This document shows, piece after piece, positions 1 through 13,822 of a stretch of DNA of 64,000 nucleotides. Source of the DNA: Antedon mediterranea (taxonomy: Eukaryota; Animalia; Echinodermata); contig NC_092677.1 in NCBI RefSeq assembly GCF_964355755.1, positions 2,440,101 through 2,504,100 of the forward strand, given 5' to 3'. The translations under genes were made by a program, and so were the position numbers. Position 1 is the first letter of the stretch. Every line of letters begins with the position of its first letter. The notes below the pieces were generated by a model that was not told the DNA's origin, searched no databases, and worked only from the letters and a program-made list of their open reading frames with translations.

Positions 1-675
1 TCTACTTCCAGAAAATGCCATCCACAAAAAGTTGACCGTTTAGTTTAGAAATTACGACTGTTTAAAAAAAGGCATATTTTAAACGAATTTTTTAACGTTT
101 TCATAAAAAACGCGCGCAAATTGTCCAATTCGACGTGCTCGTATGACGTATCTTTAAGTCAAAATTGTTTAAAATTTGGTAAAATTACTAGAAAAGGCTG
201 GAAAAACATAAATCACGCGAAAAAAATACGTTTTCAATGCTACGTGCGCTCCGCACACGTAAAAATGTGCGCATGCGTGGGAATTTTTGACATGCTTAAA
301 CCGATAAGAAACGCGTAGAAAGTTGATTAGAAATTAATTTTGCGCATTTTGAAATTTTAAATGCGCGTGCGCGCGTAACTTTGTGTAAAACACGCAATTT
401 TTTTTCAACAGAAAGTTAGCGCATGATATAAATTAAACTTTTGCAAAGTTTCACTTTAAAATGTTATTTGGTTTTCGACATATGTTAAATACGAGAAAAT
501 CGTTAAATCGCGCGTACGTCACGTTGCGCGATTGTAAACATCATGAAAAGCTTCGCTTGACGACGTTACATAAATGTCAAAATGTTAACATAGTTAACAA
601 AATGTTATGTTTGCAAGTTTTAGAGAAAAGCGTTACACAAAAATCATACAGAAAGAAAGAAGATTAAGAAAAAGA

Positions 676-3600
676 CTAGACATGTAACTCGTCACTTTGA
701 CGAGTTTGGTTATCCGCCGCGCAAGTGGTGCAACATTAACATTAAGGGGATAGGTTGAGGACAAAAGGAAGTGTTCACGTTGGCATTATGATCTGAACTG
801 AAGAATATGATATGTTGTTATTGCTGAATTTTATTATTTAAATTCATATATAGTATACACAGTATATTCTGTATCCATATCACATACAGTGACATACAGT
901 GTAGAATAGGTGAAATTACGGGACCTGCTATTTATTGCAATTTTTAAGATGTTGATGGTTTTAAAATGAAAAGCGAAGTTAGCAATTCCGAAAGCAAATT
1001 ATCTCAGCAACAACGTATTAGCGTGTAGAAGAAATTTGAATACGTTAAATATTGATGCGCGCTCTTTTAAATGTAATGAATTATGACGAAAAAGATGAAA
1101 ATACGACCTTTTTTATTTAACTGGCCATATGATGACGTCACAACATCCGATTGGCAACATTTTTACATAATTTCATATCTACAATCCAATAGCTTCCAGA
1201 AAAAGTTTTAATCGTGATTATCACATTTTATTCTTACGAGCTATAACAGATTAAAATTTACTGTAAAGATGAAATTGATGCCACACGTGATTTAAATTTT
1301 TAGGCATGATGACGTCAAAAAAATTAAAATATTTTTAACTCATGCGAAAGATAGTTGATTGACCTAGACAATATCAAAATCGGGGTGAAAATGGAAAACG
1401 GATAAGTGGAGATGCGCTCTATTCAATGTGATGAGCTATGACGAAAGATATAAAAATACTAAATTTTATATTCGCGTGGCCATACGATGACGTCACAATG
1501 TCCGGTTAGCCATATTAATACCTGATCCGATATCTACAACTCATCTACTTCCAGAATATGTCATCCACAAAAATTTGACCGTCTAGTTTAGAAATTACGA
1601 CTGTTTAAAAAAAGGCATATTTTAAACGAATTTTTTAACCTTTTTATAAAAAACGCGCGCAAATTGTTCAATTCGACGTGCTCGTATGACGTATCTTTAA
1701 GTCGAAATTGTTTAAAATTTGGTAAAATTACTAGAAAAGGCTGGAAAAACATAAATCACGCGAAAAAAATACGTTTTCAATGCTACGTGCGCATCGCACA
1801 CGTAGAAATGTGCGCACGCGTGGGAATTTTTGACATGCTTAAAATGACATGAAACGCGTAGAAAGTTGATTATAAATTAATTTTGCGCATTTTGAAATTT
1901 TAAATGTGCGTGCGCGCGTAACTTTGTGTAAAACACGCAATTTTTTTTCAACAGAAATTTAGCGCATGATATAAATTAAACTTTTGAAAAGTTTCACTTT
2001 AAAATGTTATTTGGTTTTCGACATATGTTAAATACGATAAAATCGTTAAATCGCGCGTACGTCACGTTGCGCAATTGTAAACATCATGAAAAGCTTCGCT
2101 TGACGACGTTACATAAATGTCAAAATGTTAACATAGTTAACAAAATGTTATGTTTGCGAGTTTTAGAGAAAAGCGTTACACAAAAATCATACAGAAAGAA
2201 AGAAGAAGAACTAGACATGTAACTCGTCACTTTGACGAGTTTGGTTATCCGCCGCGCCGCGCAAGTGGTGCAACATTAACATTAAGGGGATAGGTTGAGG
2301 ACAAAAGGAAGTGTTCACGTTGGCATTATGACCTGAACTGAAGAATATGATATGTTGTTATTGCTGAATTTTATTATTTAAATTCATATATAGTATACAC
2401 AGTATAATCTGTATCTATCACATACAGTGACATACATAGAATAGGTGAAATTACGGGACCCGCTATTTATTGCAATTTTTAACATGTTTACGGTTTTAAA
2501 ATGAAACGCGAAGGTAGCAATTCCGAAAGGAAATTATCTCAGCAACAACGTATTAGCGTGTAGAAGAAATTTGAATACGTGAAATATTGATGCGCGCTCT
2601 TTTAAATGTAATGAATTATGACGCAAAAGATGAAAATACGACCTTTTTTATTTAACTGGCCACATGATGACGTCACAACATCCGATTGGCAACATTTTTA
2701 CATAATTCCGTATCTACAATCCAATAGCTTCCAGAAAAAGTTTTAATCGTGATTATCACATTTTATTCTTACGAGCTATAACAGATTAAAATTTACTGTA
2801 AAGATGAAATTAATGCCACACGTGATTTACATTTTTAGGCATGATGACGTCAAAAAAATTAAAATATTTTTAACTCATGCGAAAGATACTTGATTGACCT
2901 AGACAATATCGAAATCGGGGTGAAAATGGAAAACGGATAAGTGGAGATGCGCTCTATTCAATGTGATGAGCTATGACGAAAGATACAAAAATCCTAAATT
3001 TTATATTCGTGTGGCCATACGATGACGTCACAATGTCCGGTTAGCCATATTAATACCTGATCCGATATCTACAACTCATCTACTTCCAGAATATGCCATC
3101 CACAAAAAGTTGACCGTCTAGTTTAGAAATTACGACTGTTTAAAAAAAGGCATATTTAAACGAATTTTTTAACCTTTTCATAAAAAACGCGCGCAAATTG
3201 TCCAATTTGACGTGCTCGTATGAGGTATCTTTAAGTCGAAATTGTTTAAAATTTGGTAAAATTACTAGAAAAGGCTGGAAAAATATAAATCACGCGAAAA
3301 AAATACGTTTTCAATGCTACGTGCGTACCGCACACGTAAAAATGTGCGCACGCGTGGGAATTTTTGACATGCTTAAAACAACATGGAACGCGTAGAAAGT
3401 TGATTTTAAATTAATTTTGCGCATTTTGAAATTTTAAATGCGCGTGCGCGCGTAACTTTGTGTAAAACACGCAATTTTTTTTCAACAGAAAGTTAGCGCA
3501 TGATATAAATTAAACTTTTGCAAAGTTTCAAGTTGAAATGTTATTTGGTTGTCGAGCTATGTTAAATACGACAAAATCGTTAAATCGCGCGTAAGTCACG

Positions 3601-3876
3601 TTGCGCAATTGTAAACATCATGAAAAGCTTCGCTGCACATCTTCATGTGCATGACGATATGTTGAGAAAGTTACAAAATGTTATGTTTGCAAGTTTTAGA
3701 GAAAAGCGTTCCACAAAAATCATACAGAAAGAAAGAAGAGAAATAAAAAGTTGATGTTGATGATGATTTCGTACAATCACAAGAGGTTATCCTGCAACTT
3801 CGTTGCGGATAACCAATGATGATGATTTCGTACAATCACAAGAGGTTATCCTGCAACTTCGTTGCGGATAACCAAT
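676..3876 (-). mobile_element. Tandem array of non-autonomous Helentron/DINE-1-like (HINE) elements, about 1.54-kb period; continues past the left edge (1-675 is a partial third unit)
   Basis: Near-identical units start at 1, 1544 and 3079. Read on the - strand: 5' subterminal IR (GCGGATAACCAA on + at 3864-3875) with an adjacent inner IR, a CAT/TTCT microsatellite, about 150-bp internal subrepeats (1055-1203 vs 1410-1558), a 3' subTIR (TTGGTTATCCGC on + at 706 and 2241), the stem-loop AACTCGTCA-CTT-TGACGAGTT and a terminal CTAG (676, 2211). Confidence 0.75.
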
Positions 3877-4020
3877 AACAACATATCATATTCTTCAGTT
3901 CAGATCATAATGCCAACGTGAACACTTCCTTTTGTCCTCAACCTATCCCCTTAATGTTAATGTTGCACCACTTGCGCGGCGGATAACCAAACTCGTCAAA
4001 GTGACGAGTTACGTGTCTAG
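3877..4020 (+). mobile_element. Inverted solo 3' end of the same Helentron-like element
   Basis: Reverse complement of 676-~820; ends in hairpin then CTAG|T at 4017-4020. Confidence 0.75.
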
Positions 4021-5613
4021 TTTATTTATTCTTTCCTTAGCACTATTTTGTCCGTGCATTATCTTGGCATCAGTTTCATCTAGCTAAGTCAAGTTTTCAG
4101 AGTATATTCCTTATGGCCAGGAATCGATGTGGTTATATTTTCACGATGCGTAATCAAAAATTACGCGGTCTACGCGCGATTTTACGAAATCACGTTTGTA
4201 ATCATATCTTCACAAGCATGAATCACAATTAAACAAAATTTGGTACTCATAAATTTCAGGTCATATTTCATCATATGGCAATTAAATTACGTGCGTAGCG
4301 CATATAACGCTTGCGTACGCGCGCTTAAAATGTTCAAAATTGTCAAAATTTATTTTCGATGAAATTAGAGTACGTTTCAGGCAATTTTAAGCGTTTAAAA
4401 AATTGCCATGAGTGCGCAGATTTTTGCACGCGCACTGCGCGTTAAACGTTAATGCGCACTCTTTTTGCCCGATTTCTGTTTTACAATCTTTCTTTAATAA
4501 TATCATCATATTTGATTCAGGTTTCAACTCGAAATTGCGTTATACGAGCACGTCAAAAGTGACTGGCTACGCACGTATAAGTTAACAAAATGGTGAAAAT
4601 ATGCTAAATTTTTAAATTAATATATATCGTCAGAATGCAGGGGAACACCTATTTTTTATTTCATTTTCTTGAAGTGTATGTATCATATGTATGATTTATT
4701 ATCAAATTAAGAGAACAAAAGTTGATTAAGTCATCATTAATTGCATATTAAATTAAAAAAACATAATTTCGACAATCAAACAAATTATGACATTTTCTTA
4801 GGCCAAAATAACAAACTTAACATTAACTTTCTTCCTTCAAAAATTCATATATCAGGGAAAATTTTCATTAAACAATTTTGTTTAGCAATATTGCTAATCA
4901 AATTGATTTTTAAGTCGAGAAACATAGTTTTGTATTGTATTTTTTGCTACACAATTTTCAAAATGTGTAGCAATAAGGTTGTTTTGTATAGCTTTTTGCT
5001 ACGCTACACTGGCGAAAATGTTCCCTGTATATTAAAGTTAAAAGTATGTAGTTTGACAGTGCATCATTTGTATACATTTTAAAGATGTCATCATAGTAAA
5101 AAATTATAATTCATTTCGGTATGTAATAATCTATTTGCATCAAAGTGGTTACTGCATAGTAAATACACGGAGGAATTTTTCTACAACTTTTAGTCAGTTG
5201 TGTACGGCTCGGTGGTCTGTGCTCGTGTCTATGGCATTCAAGGTACCGAGATCGAGTCTCACCTTGGGAACCGAAATAAGATTTTTTTTTTATTATCCGT
5301 ATTGTTTGTTCAAATTTATTTCTTAGTGTATAGATTATACACATGATTTATAATGAAATCTAGATAAAAATTAACTTATGTCTTTATTATTATGTAACAA
5401 CAAATGTGGTTTATGACATTATACGCATATGGATCTTTGATCGGATTGTGATACCGGCTATGGTGTTCGCGTTAGCAAGGTCCTATCATATATTATAAAT
5501 AATTAAAGATTCTGAGAAAATCAATCAATCAATATATCTTTTAAAAATCAATTATCTTTATTTAAACCAATGCATATAACCTATAATTCGTCATAGTGAC
5601 GAATTAAATCTAG
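4021..5613 (+). mobile_element. Diverged related Helitron/Helentron-like non-autonomous element
   Basis: About 4300-4560 resembles the reverse complement of 130-380. It ends with hairpin AATTCGTCA-TAG-TGACGAATT followed by CTAG|T (5610-5613). Confidence 0.6.
5203..5275 (+). repeat. tRNA-derived (SINE-head-like) segment inside the Helitron-like element
   Basis: A-box-like GGCTCGGTGG and B-box-like GAGATCGAGTC; no intact cloverleaf. Confidence 0.4.
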
Positions 5614-8600
5614 TTACATTTGTTTGCAGAAACGTCTGCTGTCACTAACTACAAGGTCAACTTTCATTAGAATAAATAATAAACAATATTACAATACCTT
5701 ACGTACAAGTGCGGAAATATTGTAGTCATGACAACCAAGTACCGTGCAACAGTCCAATAGAGATAACAGGCTTTAATCACAATTAGTCACGTGTCTTATA
5801 TCCCAATATGAATCCAAGGCTTAAAGAATCTTTCTATTGCAGAAAATATTATGTAGAAATTGTAAACACCAACATCGTCAACAAAATACGTTTCTGATGA
5901 TGATACAGACTCCACTCACTGTAGGCCTAGTAATAGTGGTTTAAAATGCAATAAACTTGGAGATGATGGCCTGGATCATTCCAATTTACTTGTGCAGATC
6001 ACGAAACAGACTTGGCAGACTTAGCAAGCTACATGCGCATTCCGAAAGTGTGACATTCTTATCGCATATTCCCTGAATTCCAGGCACTTGCTAAATACTA
6101 TACAGATGAGCCGCTTCTTTGCGATTAGGTAAAATTCCTTTAAAGAGCAACAAATATCGTTGTGAATCGTCTGGCTCGCTGAATGTAACTGAAGACCAGG
6201 CGTGTTGCCCTATATTAAGGTCAATGACCGGATAAAGATGTTCCGTTTCGCTTTTGAGTTAAGTACATTCCAACGTGCTCAAGTGTTGACTCACAACCCA
6301 TAGACACGCCCAGTACACTAATATTGCGGAGAAATATGTCAATAGAAATGTATATAAAAGTCTTTTAATTTAACTGGATGTATCGATGGTTGACAAACCG
6401 CAAATTATTGTTAATTATTATTTGGCAAGAATTCGTTGAAATGGCAAAGGGTTTAGAAAGTTGATGATTAATGAGGTTCTTTCATTTCATGCTCTGATGA
6501 TGTAAAGAACTTCAGAACAGCGCTTTTATTTAATGCTGTTATACAGCAGTATACTAGAAACCCCTTTATAAAACAACTCCTATTAAGGGGACACTTTCCC
6601 GTGGAACGACGAGAATCAACATATTAAACTAACAAGAAATTCATGTTTTAACACAAACACATGGTTCTATTTAGAGGACACTCCTATTTGAATGGAATAC
6701 TTTACGAATGTGTTCTCTTAATATTGAGATTCTTCAATGGCGTAAACGGGCATGAAATGTAATGGTTTAAAATTTAAACATTTTACTTTCCTTGAAACAC
6801 CAAGTTTGGGACTCGCATTTGTTAAAAAAAATTGCATAAACATTCGTTGCTAAAAAAACAAATTGAAACAGAAAATATTTTTTTTAAAACACAAATATAA
6901 TAAACTCTATATAGATTTCTACTACTACTACAGTAGTACATATCCTTGGATGGCAGTATGAATTACACTCAAAATATTTTCTAATTGAGGACGAAATAAA
7001 GTGATTTTATTTTTCACTAACGGATTAGTTTGTTTTGATATTTCTATCTTGTATTATTTTCACTAGGCCTATAGCAAAGGAAAATAAAATCAAATTGAAA
7101 ATGTTTAGCAATACAAACAAAAAACAATATATAAAGTTTCCTACACTCTAAAAAATAATTGAAAACAGAATGTTCCCTGTATAATTTCCAAACATTGGAA
7201 TTAACATTTCTCCTAGTATCTGAATATGAATATATTTTTGTCTTACAGAACCAAACAAAGCAAATGTGTGATTAAAATTCGTTGAATGTTTACGAAACAT
7301 GGAATTGCTAACTTGCAAATCCATCACGCACAATTTCGGCCGTTATAACCGTATCCATACATGTTAATTACCCAACAAACTTAAAGATGACGCAATCAAA
7401 AATAAGAATTCAAGTAATGAGTGACGTTAATATCACATTGACAAATTACTGCCTTTGTTCTGAAAACATTTAAACGCAAAATAACATACCTAGGGTTTCA
7501 TTATGTCACTCTGTAAAGTCGCAAATGATCGTGTCTTATCCTATCATAACATAATTAGTGTCTTTGTCAACATAGCGATGATAACAAGAATTTACGTGCA
7601 AAACGTGTTCAACAACCTTTAAACGCGTTTTAAATGTAATGATAACGCGTCAGCAGAGGTTATTTGTCATCTGATGATACAATTAAAATCAACCAAGTGA
7701 CCAATTAACGTCAATTGTGTTAACTGAATCGTTAAAAAACGTAAATTATTGTTTTCCAGTTCATGTTGACATTTTCTTTGTAAGAATAATTTTAACGTTT
7801 AATATTTTCAATTTTTAAATACAACTCATCATCAGTATTGATCAATAATCATTAAACGTACCTAGATCTTCACTAGGGCGTGATCTGTAATCTTTTGTTA
7901 TCCGTGGGAACTAGGTTTAGATATCTTAACACTACAACAATAAAGAAACAAAGGAAACACAAACAATGGTACTATTCTATCTAATAAATGGTCATAATCT
8001 ATCATGCTGCTAGAACAACTTCTTGTCAACAAAAATGATTTTGCATTTGGATGATAATTTGCAAAATTATAGGCCTAGGCCTAAATAAATCTTCCTATCA
8101 ACGTCTAAATTAAAACGGTATAGCCCTAGAAGAAAACGCCTTTGGAACAACCAGAAATAGACAAATATTAATATACACTGTCCAACCATTTATCTCATGG
8201 TCCGTAATCGATTCCAGCAGCCAAAGAGAGGCCTCGTAGTATTTTTACAGGCTGGACCGGCGGCGGCGGCACGTTCTCGCTTTGTTAAAAGTGTCCACGC
8301 GCGCTTGAACAAACGTGATCACCTAACACGAATAATGTCCTAGCACAAAGGCATGACGAGCAAACCTGCGTAATATACCTCACTAAAATCAACCAAAAAG
8401 AAAGTATTTACCGATGTGGCAGTAATTCGTTTACTGTATCTCATATTCAATTGTCAGAATCTTTGTTTTTCATTACTGAACAATGGATATATGAACCAGA
8501 TTTAAATGGACTAAATTTATTGATAAAAACACAAGACAAAGAGTAGTGTAAACGAATCATTAGCAAAAGGTTGCGAAAGGGCCGACCAGGCAAATAAGTC

Positions 8601-11351
8601 GTTCAGGGTAAAAATATAATATTTCCGAGAACAAAAGGAAACAGGTAAATTGATGAATAAACCGGTATTTTAACCCAGATAAGAAGAAAAGTCCGCGACA
8701 CGTATGCCTTTTAAAAATGTGATCACATTCCAAAGATTGGAAAGGGTCCAACTTGCAAACTACAGTTACTGTATAACAAAATCACACTTTATGAAAGAAT
8801 AGGAATAGTAATACTAAACGTATAGTATACTGTCTTCTCCAATTACGCGATAACTCAAAAGGGTGGAGTCGAAATAGCCAAATTAATTATCTATACTAGA
8901 TATTATAAGAATGACAATAACGTTTGACTCACCAACAATGTCGTTTTCTTTGTTTAACGAGTCTGTAGAAAAACTTTGCGACTCAGGACACCATAATGAC
9001 GTGTGTGCAGATTAAAAACCCGTAGGTGTAAATAAATGGTGGCAAAACCAGTAAATATAGCATCAACGAAATAAAGAATAACGCTTTGTGAGTTTTTAAA
9101 GGTAGCCTATGGCAAGTCGTTCTCGATTCGGTGGACTAGGGACCCCAAAGCGCTAATCCGATCAAACTAATAGCTACCAACGGGCGGCCTAGATCTAGGC
9201 CTGTAACAAAGGCCATTTCCTCGTCGAATTCCAACTCACTCCGTTGCCGAAAGCAGTAACTTGTAAGTGTTGTAGCCGCTAGGCTAGCTCAACCCAGGTC
9301 AATTGGACCCTCAAGCTTAACTACACTGAGCCCAATATATCCATCCCAGGTATGCGTAACTGCATTGAAAAGACAAATTACATTGTTATATCCGATATTA
9401 TTAAAGGCTATAGTAACAGTTTGACACGAGATAAGGTAGGTATTAGATCCTGCTATACTTACACAGAATGATGAATAACTACTTTCTCAATTGAAACATC
9501 ATTCTGAGTGTTTTAATTGTCCGAGATGGATTTAAAAGATATTATAGGTAACATATTGTCTGCTGCGAGTTGTCAACGGGGTCGTCATCCAGGTATCTCT
9601 CAACGGGGTCACCATCCAGGTACCTGGTGAGATTAACAAGCAATGTTGCAGCGGCTTGAAGCAAAAATTAAAAGAAAACACTGTCCTAGCAAACACAACT
9701 GGATCCAACCAATTTAGAAAGAAACAAAATCATAGGATAATGTAACTTTACAATCTTGATACATAAAACCTTTTTCTATATTAAATTCAGAGGAAAATAC
9801 AGAACAATTATAAAACGATTTTCAGACATTCTGATGACAATTGTAAAGCTTTACAATTATTAAATTAGAACTAAAAAACTATATAGGAGGTTAACGAATG
9901 GAACAAACTAAACAATAACATTAATAATGTATGCTAGCCTATAATTTCTTAACCACTTTTCTGCGTGTATGTTGCTGAAAGTTAAAACAGAACAAAGTTT
10001 GTATACTAAGCTTAAAGATTGGATAAAATGAAAACTTTTCTTTTGGCGAAAAAGAACATTTCTAGTAAAGATAGTCTATACGTTAGTGGGTGAAATGGAA
10101 ATTTTTTTTTTCTTTTGGCAAAACACAAAGATAATTTCTAGGTAAAGATAAGATAGTTGTGTTTTGAGGAAAGAATGCATTAGACGAATTTCCGAAACAA
10201 GTGTATGAGTAAAGAGTGATTCACTGCTCGTCCTTCCAGAAACATGATCTGTAGGCCAAAAAAAGCTAGGTCTACGATGACTAACACTAGATAGACAAAC
10301 GGAAAATAGCTCCTGATTACATTAGATATAAATAATTAAAACTGACAGCAAGCTACTGTATTAATAACAATTATACAATCTAATACTTTGTATATTGAAA
10401 TATGAAATGCACTATTTTACTAAATAAAATTGGCACATTTGTGGAAAATAAAGGACAAGAAGGAATTAACAATAATAATACAAACAACCACAGAAAAAGC
10501 AAGAAACTGGAAAGACATTTCTACAGGGTCTACAAGAGCTAATGCCATATGCTTGATTAATATTATATTGAATAGCCTACATTTGTACACTTGGGGAAAG
10601 GTGCACATTACAAAAATTAATTAGTTCAGTTAAGTTTCTGATTATTATTAACATTATTTTCTAAAATCGAGCATCAAATATTTTTTCACCTATAACAATA
10701 CAGTATCTCTTTCTATTAATAAACACTAAAGCAATGTTTATATAGGATGCTGCAATAGTATACAAAATAATTAAATATAAATAACGTCTAATTACCTAAT
10801 GGTCACTAATAATAACGTTTAAATTAAAACAAAATCTCAAACAAAATGCTTGAAAGTTTCGTCAATATAGTTTTTCAACTCTAGTTAGTTTCAATTAACT
10901 TGATGCTTGTTTAAACTTAACGTATCGTATAATACTACGGCTATTGTTCGTCTCATGTTGGCGTACCTGGAACGGGTCGTAGCCGGGTCACCAGCAAATT
11001 AATACGAATTATCCACGAAATAGCGCTTAGCAACTAAAGGAATGCATATCGATATAGGCGCCGATCAGGCATACAATACTGGATTTCTCTACTCTTTTAC
11101 TAACCACCGAATACAATGCAGATCTTGTGCGTGTCGTATAGCTACCAGACACAACGGAATGCAGGGTCCGACCAGGCTCATTGTTTACCAACTTTTGCAC
11201 TTTTTTTAAAGGATATAAAATATTTCCTTGGAATTCAATGGAAGGACAAACTTAAATCAACTTCCCATTTGATTAGAAACTTGAAGTGTAACAATAGCCA
11301 AACATATTTAACATCTTTATAGTGGAAAATATTACAATATCCAGGGTCCAA

Positions 11352-11450
11352 GCAATTAGATCCGGGGTCACGTAATTAAATCTAGGGATCAAGTAATTAG
11401 ATCCGGTGTCGCGAAATTAAATCTAGGGACCAAGTAATTAAATCCGGGGC
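11352..11450. repeat. Degenerate 20-21-bp minisatellite (AATTAGATCCGGGGTCACGT / AATTAAATCTAGGGATCAAGT)
   Basis: About 5 alternating units are directly visible. Confidence 0.7.
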
Positions 11451-13746
11451 AGGCAGGGCCAGAACATGGATGGTTTTTTGTTTATATTCCTTGTTATTGT
11501 TGTTAATACAACAGTGTATGAGAACAATCTTGGGGTACCTTAAAAATATATGTATTTTAATATGGATACCTGGAAAGAATGATATTGTGTTACTAAAGAG
11601 AAAGCGATTTATTACTATAGTAAATGTTCGTAAAGTATACAACATTTTGATATTAGCACATCACGCGCTAAGGGGTCACAAAGTATAGTCAAATGTGACT
11701 CACAAACCGCTGATACTTGTCGTGTCTTGAACGTGTGGGGATAAGATCACCGCCGCCGTGCAAAAGTGAGATATCAGGCCATACTAATGATTCGGAATTA
11801 ACACTTTAAACAGCTGCTAATCTGTAAGTCCATTAATTATTATCAGTAACTACAGTACTACTATACACGTGTACTCTAGTCACATACCAGAGAGATCCTA
11901 ACCTCTAGACACAGACATTCTAACCTTTTATCTTGTTATGTTTGGACACAATCAAATTTCTGCCAGGTTCCGATCTAGGCCGCCAGTAATAATTCGATTC
12001 CACAAAGGAAGCTTTTACGTCCGAATCCTATGGATAAATTCAATAATTCCGAAAAAAACATCGAAATAAGTATTAACGTTCACCAAGTCAACGAGATTTT
12101 GTTGTCCTGATCAAGACTGCAAAAATTACGTCACAGATTCTGTAGTTGTCCATAGATAGGCCTACTTTTTTTGCTTCAAAAGAAGGCGGCAAAAGTTCAC
12201 AACACTGATCGTCTGCAAACAGAAAAGTTGCTGAAGTGAAACACGCCTCCGGCTAACGTTATAAAGGTGTTCTTATATTTACAGGATTAACAACTGTTCT
12301 TTATCTTATTAAACTATCGTCAAAGTGGAGAGAAAGATGACAACGCTGACCTCAACTTGCATTCCGATGTGCAAAGTAAGTTCCGATTCGTTACGGCTCA
12401 AAAGCAAAATGATGTCGGAAAAAAGTTGTCAAAATTGAACAAAATTATCAGACGAATTGCATTTGCTAATCGTCAGTGACTGCTTTGTGAAACACGCTAT
12501 CTTTTCTTCACTCGTAAGAGACGGTTACCTTTGCCAGGTATGATGACGTCATTAGTCTGTCATGTGGCGAACGTTCAATCACCTTATTCGTTGACTGCTT
12601 TGACGCTTTTGTTCCAGGAAGCCGAGGCACAGTTCCAATGAGTAATTAAGAAAACCTTGTCGCGGCGGCGGACACAAGGTCGTTAGAGAACGTGTGTACT
12701 TCTGGCAATGTGGACTGAATAACCTATTTCATATTATGTTATTTCAAAATAAAACTGAATATCCTGGTCCACATTCAGGGCCTCTTTTAAAGTTCAATCC
12801 AAAGTATTGGAAAGTTTAGGTCCGTAAAACATTTACCGACTATACACAAAACTAGCGTGTATTCTATAATGCATTATACAAACAAAAAAGAATACCCTTT
12901 TCCTAGGCCCCTAAAGGGCGAACAGACAGGCTTAATTTCCACGATGCGTAGGCCTATAACATTCTTTAATCCAGCGTACTGATGTTGTTTTGCTCTAGTA
13001 TTCGTTACATTAACTTTCCCTAAAGTTGGATACGTGAAAAAGAACAATCACGGTTCTCATTTAACACTAAACAACTAATTGTTTACAAATTCAGTAATAT
13101 TGTGATGTTATGTACGCGGGAAAGTGCGTCGTTGCAACTGTACCAACAAGCCGAACGAACAGAAACTACAGTACGACATTTGACTAAACAACTGACGGCG
13201 GCGGACAATTTGGACTCTTCTATCCAGACATTTCACACATAATTCAAATGGTTTGCATATAAGAAGATAGGTTAAAGAAACTACGTCGTTACTGCCGAGG
13301 ACTAAGTACACGGCGACCTGCGGGTTAACAAGATGAAAAGCAAGCACCTGGAACTTGATTATGTGGAGATTGAATTACCAACGAACGCAGCCCACGAGGA
13401 GGAAGACGTAACAGTGTCCAACACGCAGGATGCATTGTTAATAGTACAGAGATCAAAAGATGTACTCGGTTCAAGGTCGCTATTAAGACGTGCATACATC
13501 CTACCGCGCGTGATGGGCCAGGACGCGGCCCACGCGATCAAACGTTATTATTGTTTACCCACACCAACGCAACAAGCAGTGAAACTCGTCGAGCGTGGCG
13601 GCAAAATAGCAATTATACAAACTAATCAAATGTTGCCATTTACTTAGCATTAACCCCCTACCACTGCCCATGTCAATATACTAAGATATAAGTTAATCAT
13701 GAGCATACAGCTGTTATGAAGCTTGAACGGCTTTTCGTTAATAATA

Positions 13747-13822
13747 AAGATGGCCACCTAGTTCAGCAAAGATAGCCACCTAGGTCAGCAAAGATGGCCA
13801 CCTAGGTCAGCAAAGATAGCGA
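13747..13822. repeat. 22-bp tandem repeat (AAGATGGCCACCTAGGTCAGCA), about 3.5 copies
   Basis: Directly visible. Confidence 0.8.

Noticed and set aside
121-3395. Repeated 62-72 aa ORFs (MSNSTCSY..., MLFGFRHM...)
   Set aside because: They recur only because of the tandem array. They have variable stops and indels and no recognisable Rep/helicase motifs.
13148-13168. Minus-strand similarity to miR-375 (TGTTCGTTCGGCT)
   Set aside because: There is no complementary arm to form a precursor, and the 5' and 3' ends mismatch.
13333-13647. 104-aa ATG ORF (MKSKHLELDY...)
   Set aside because: No recognisable domain and no supporting splice or promoter context; it cannot be supported without a homology search.
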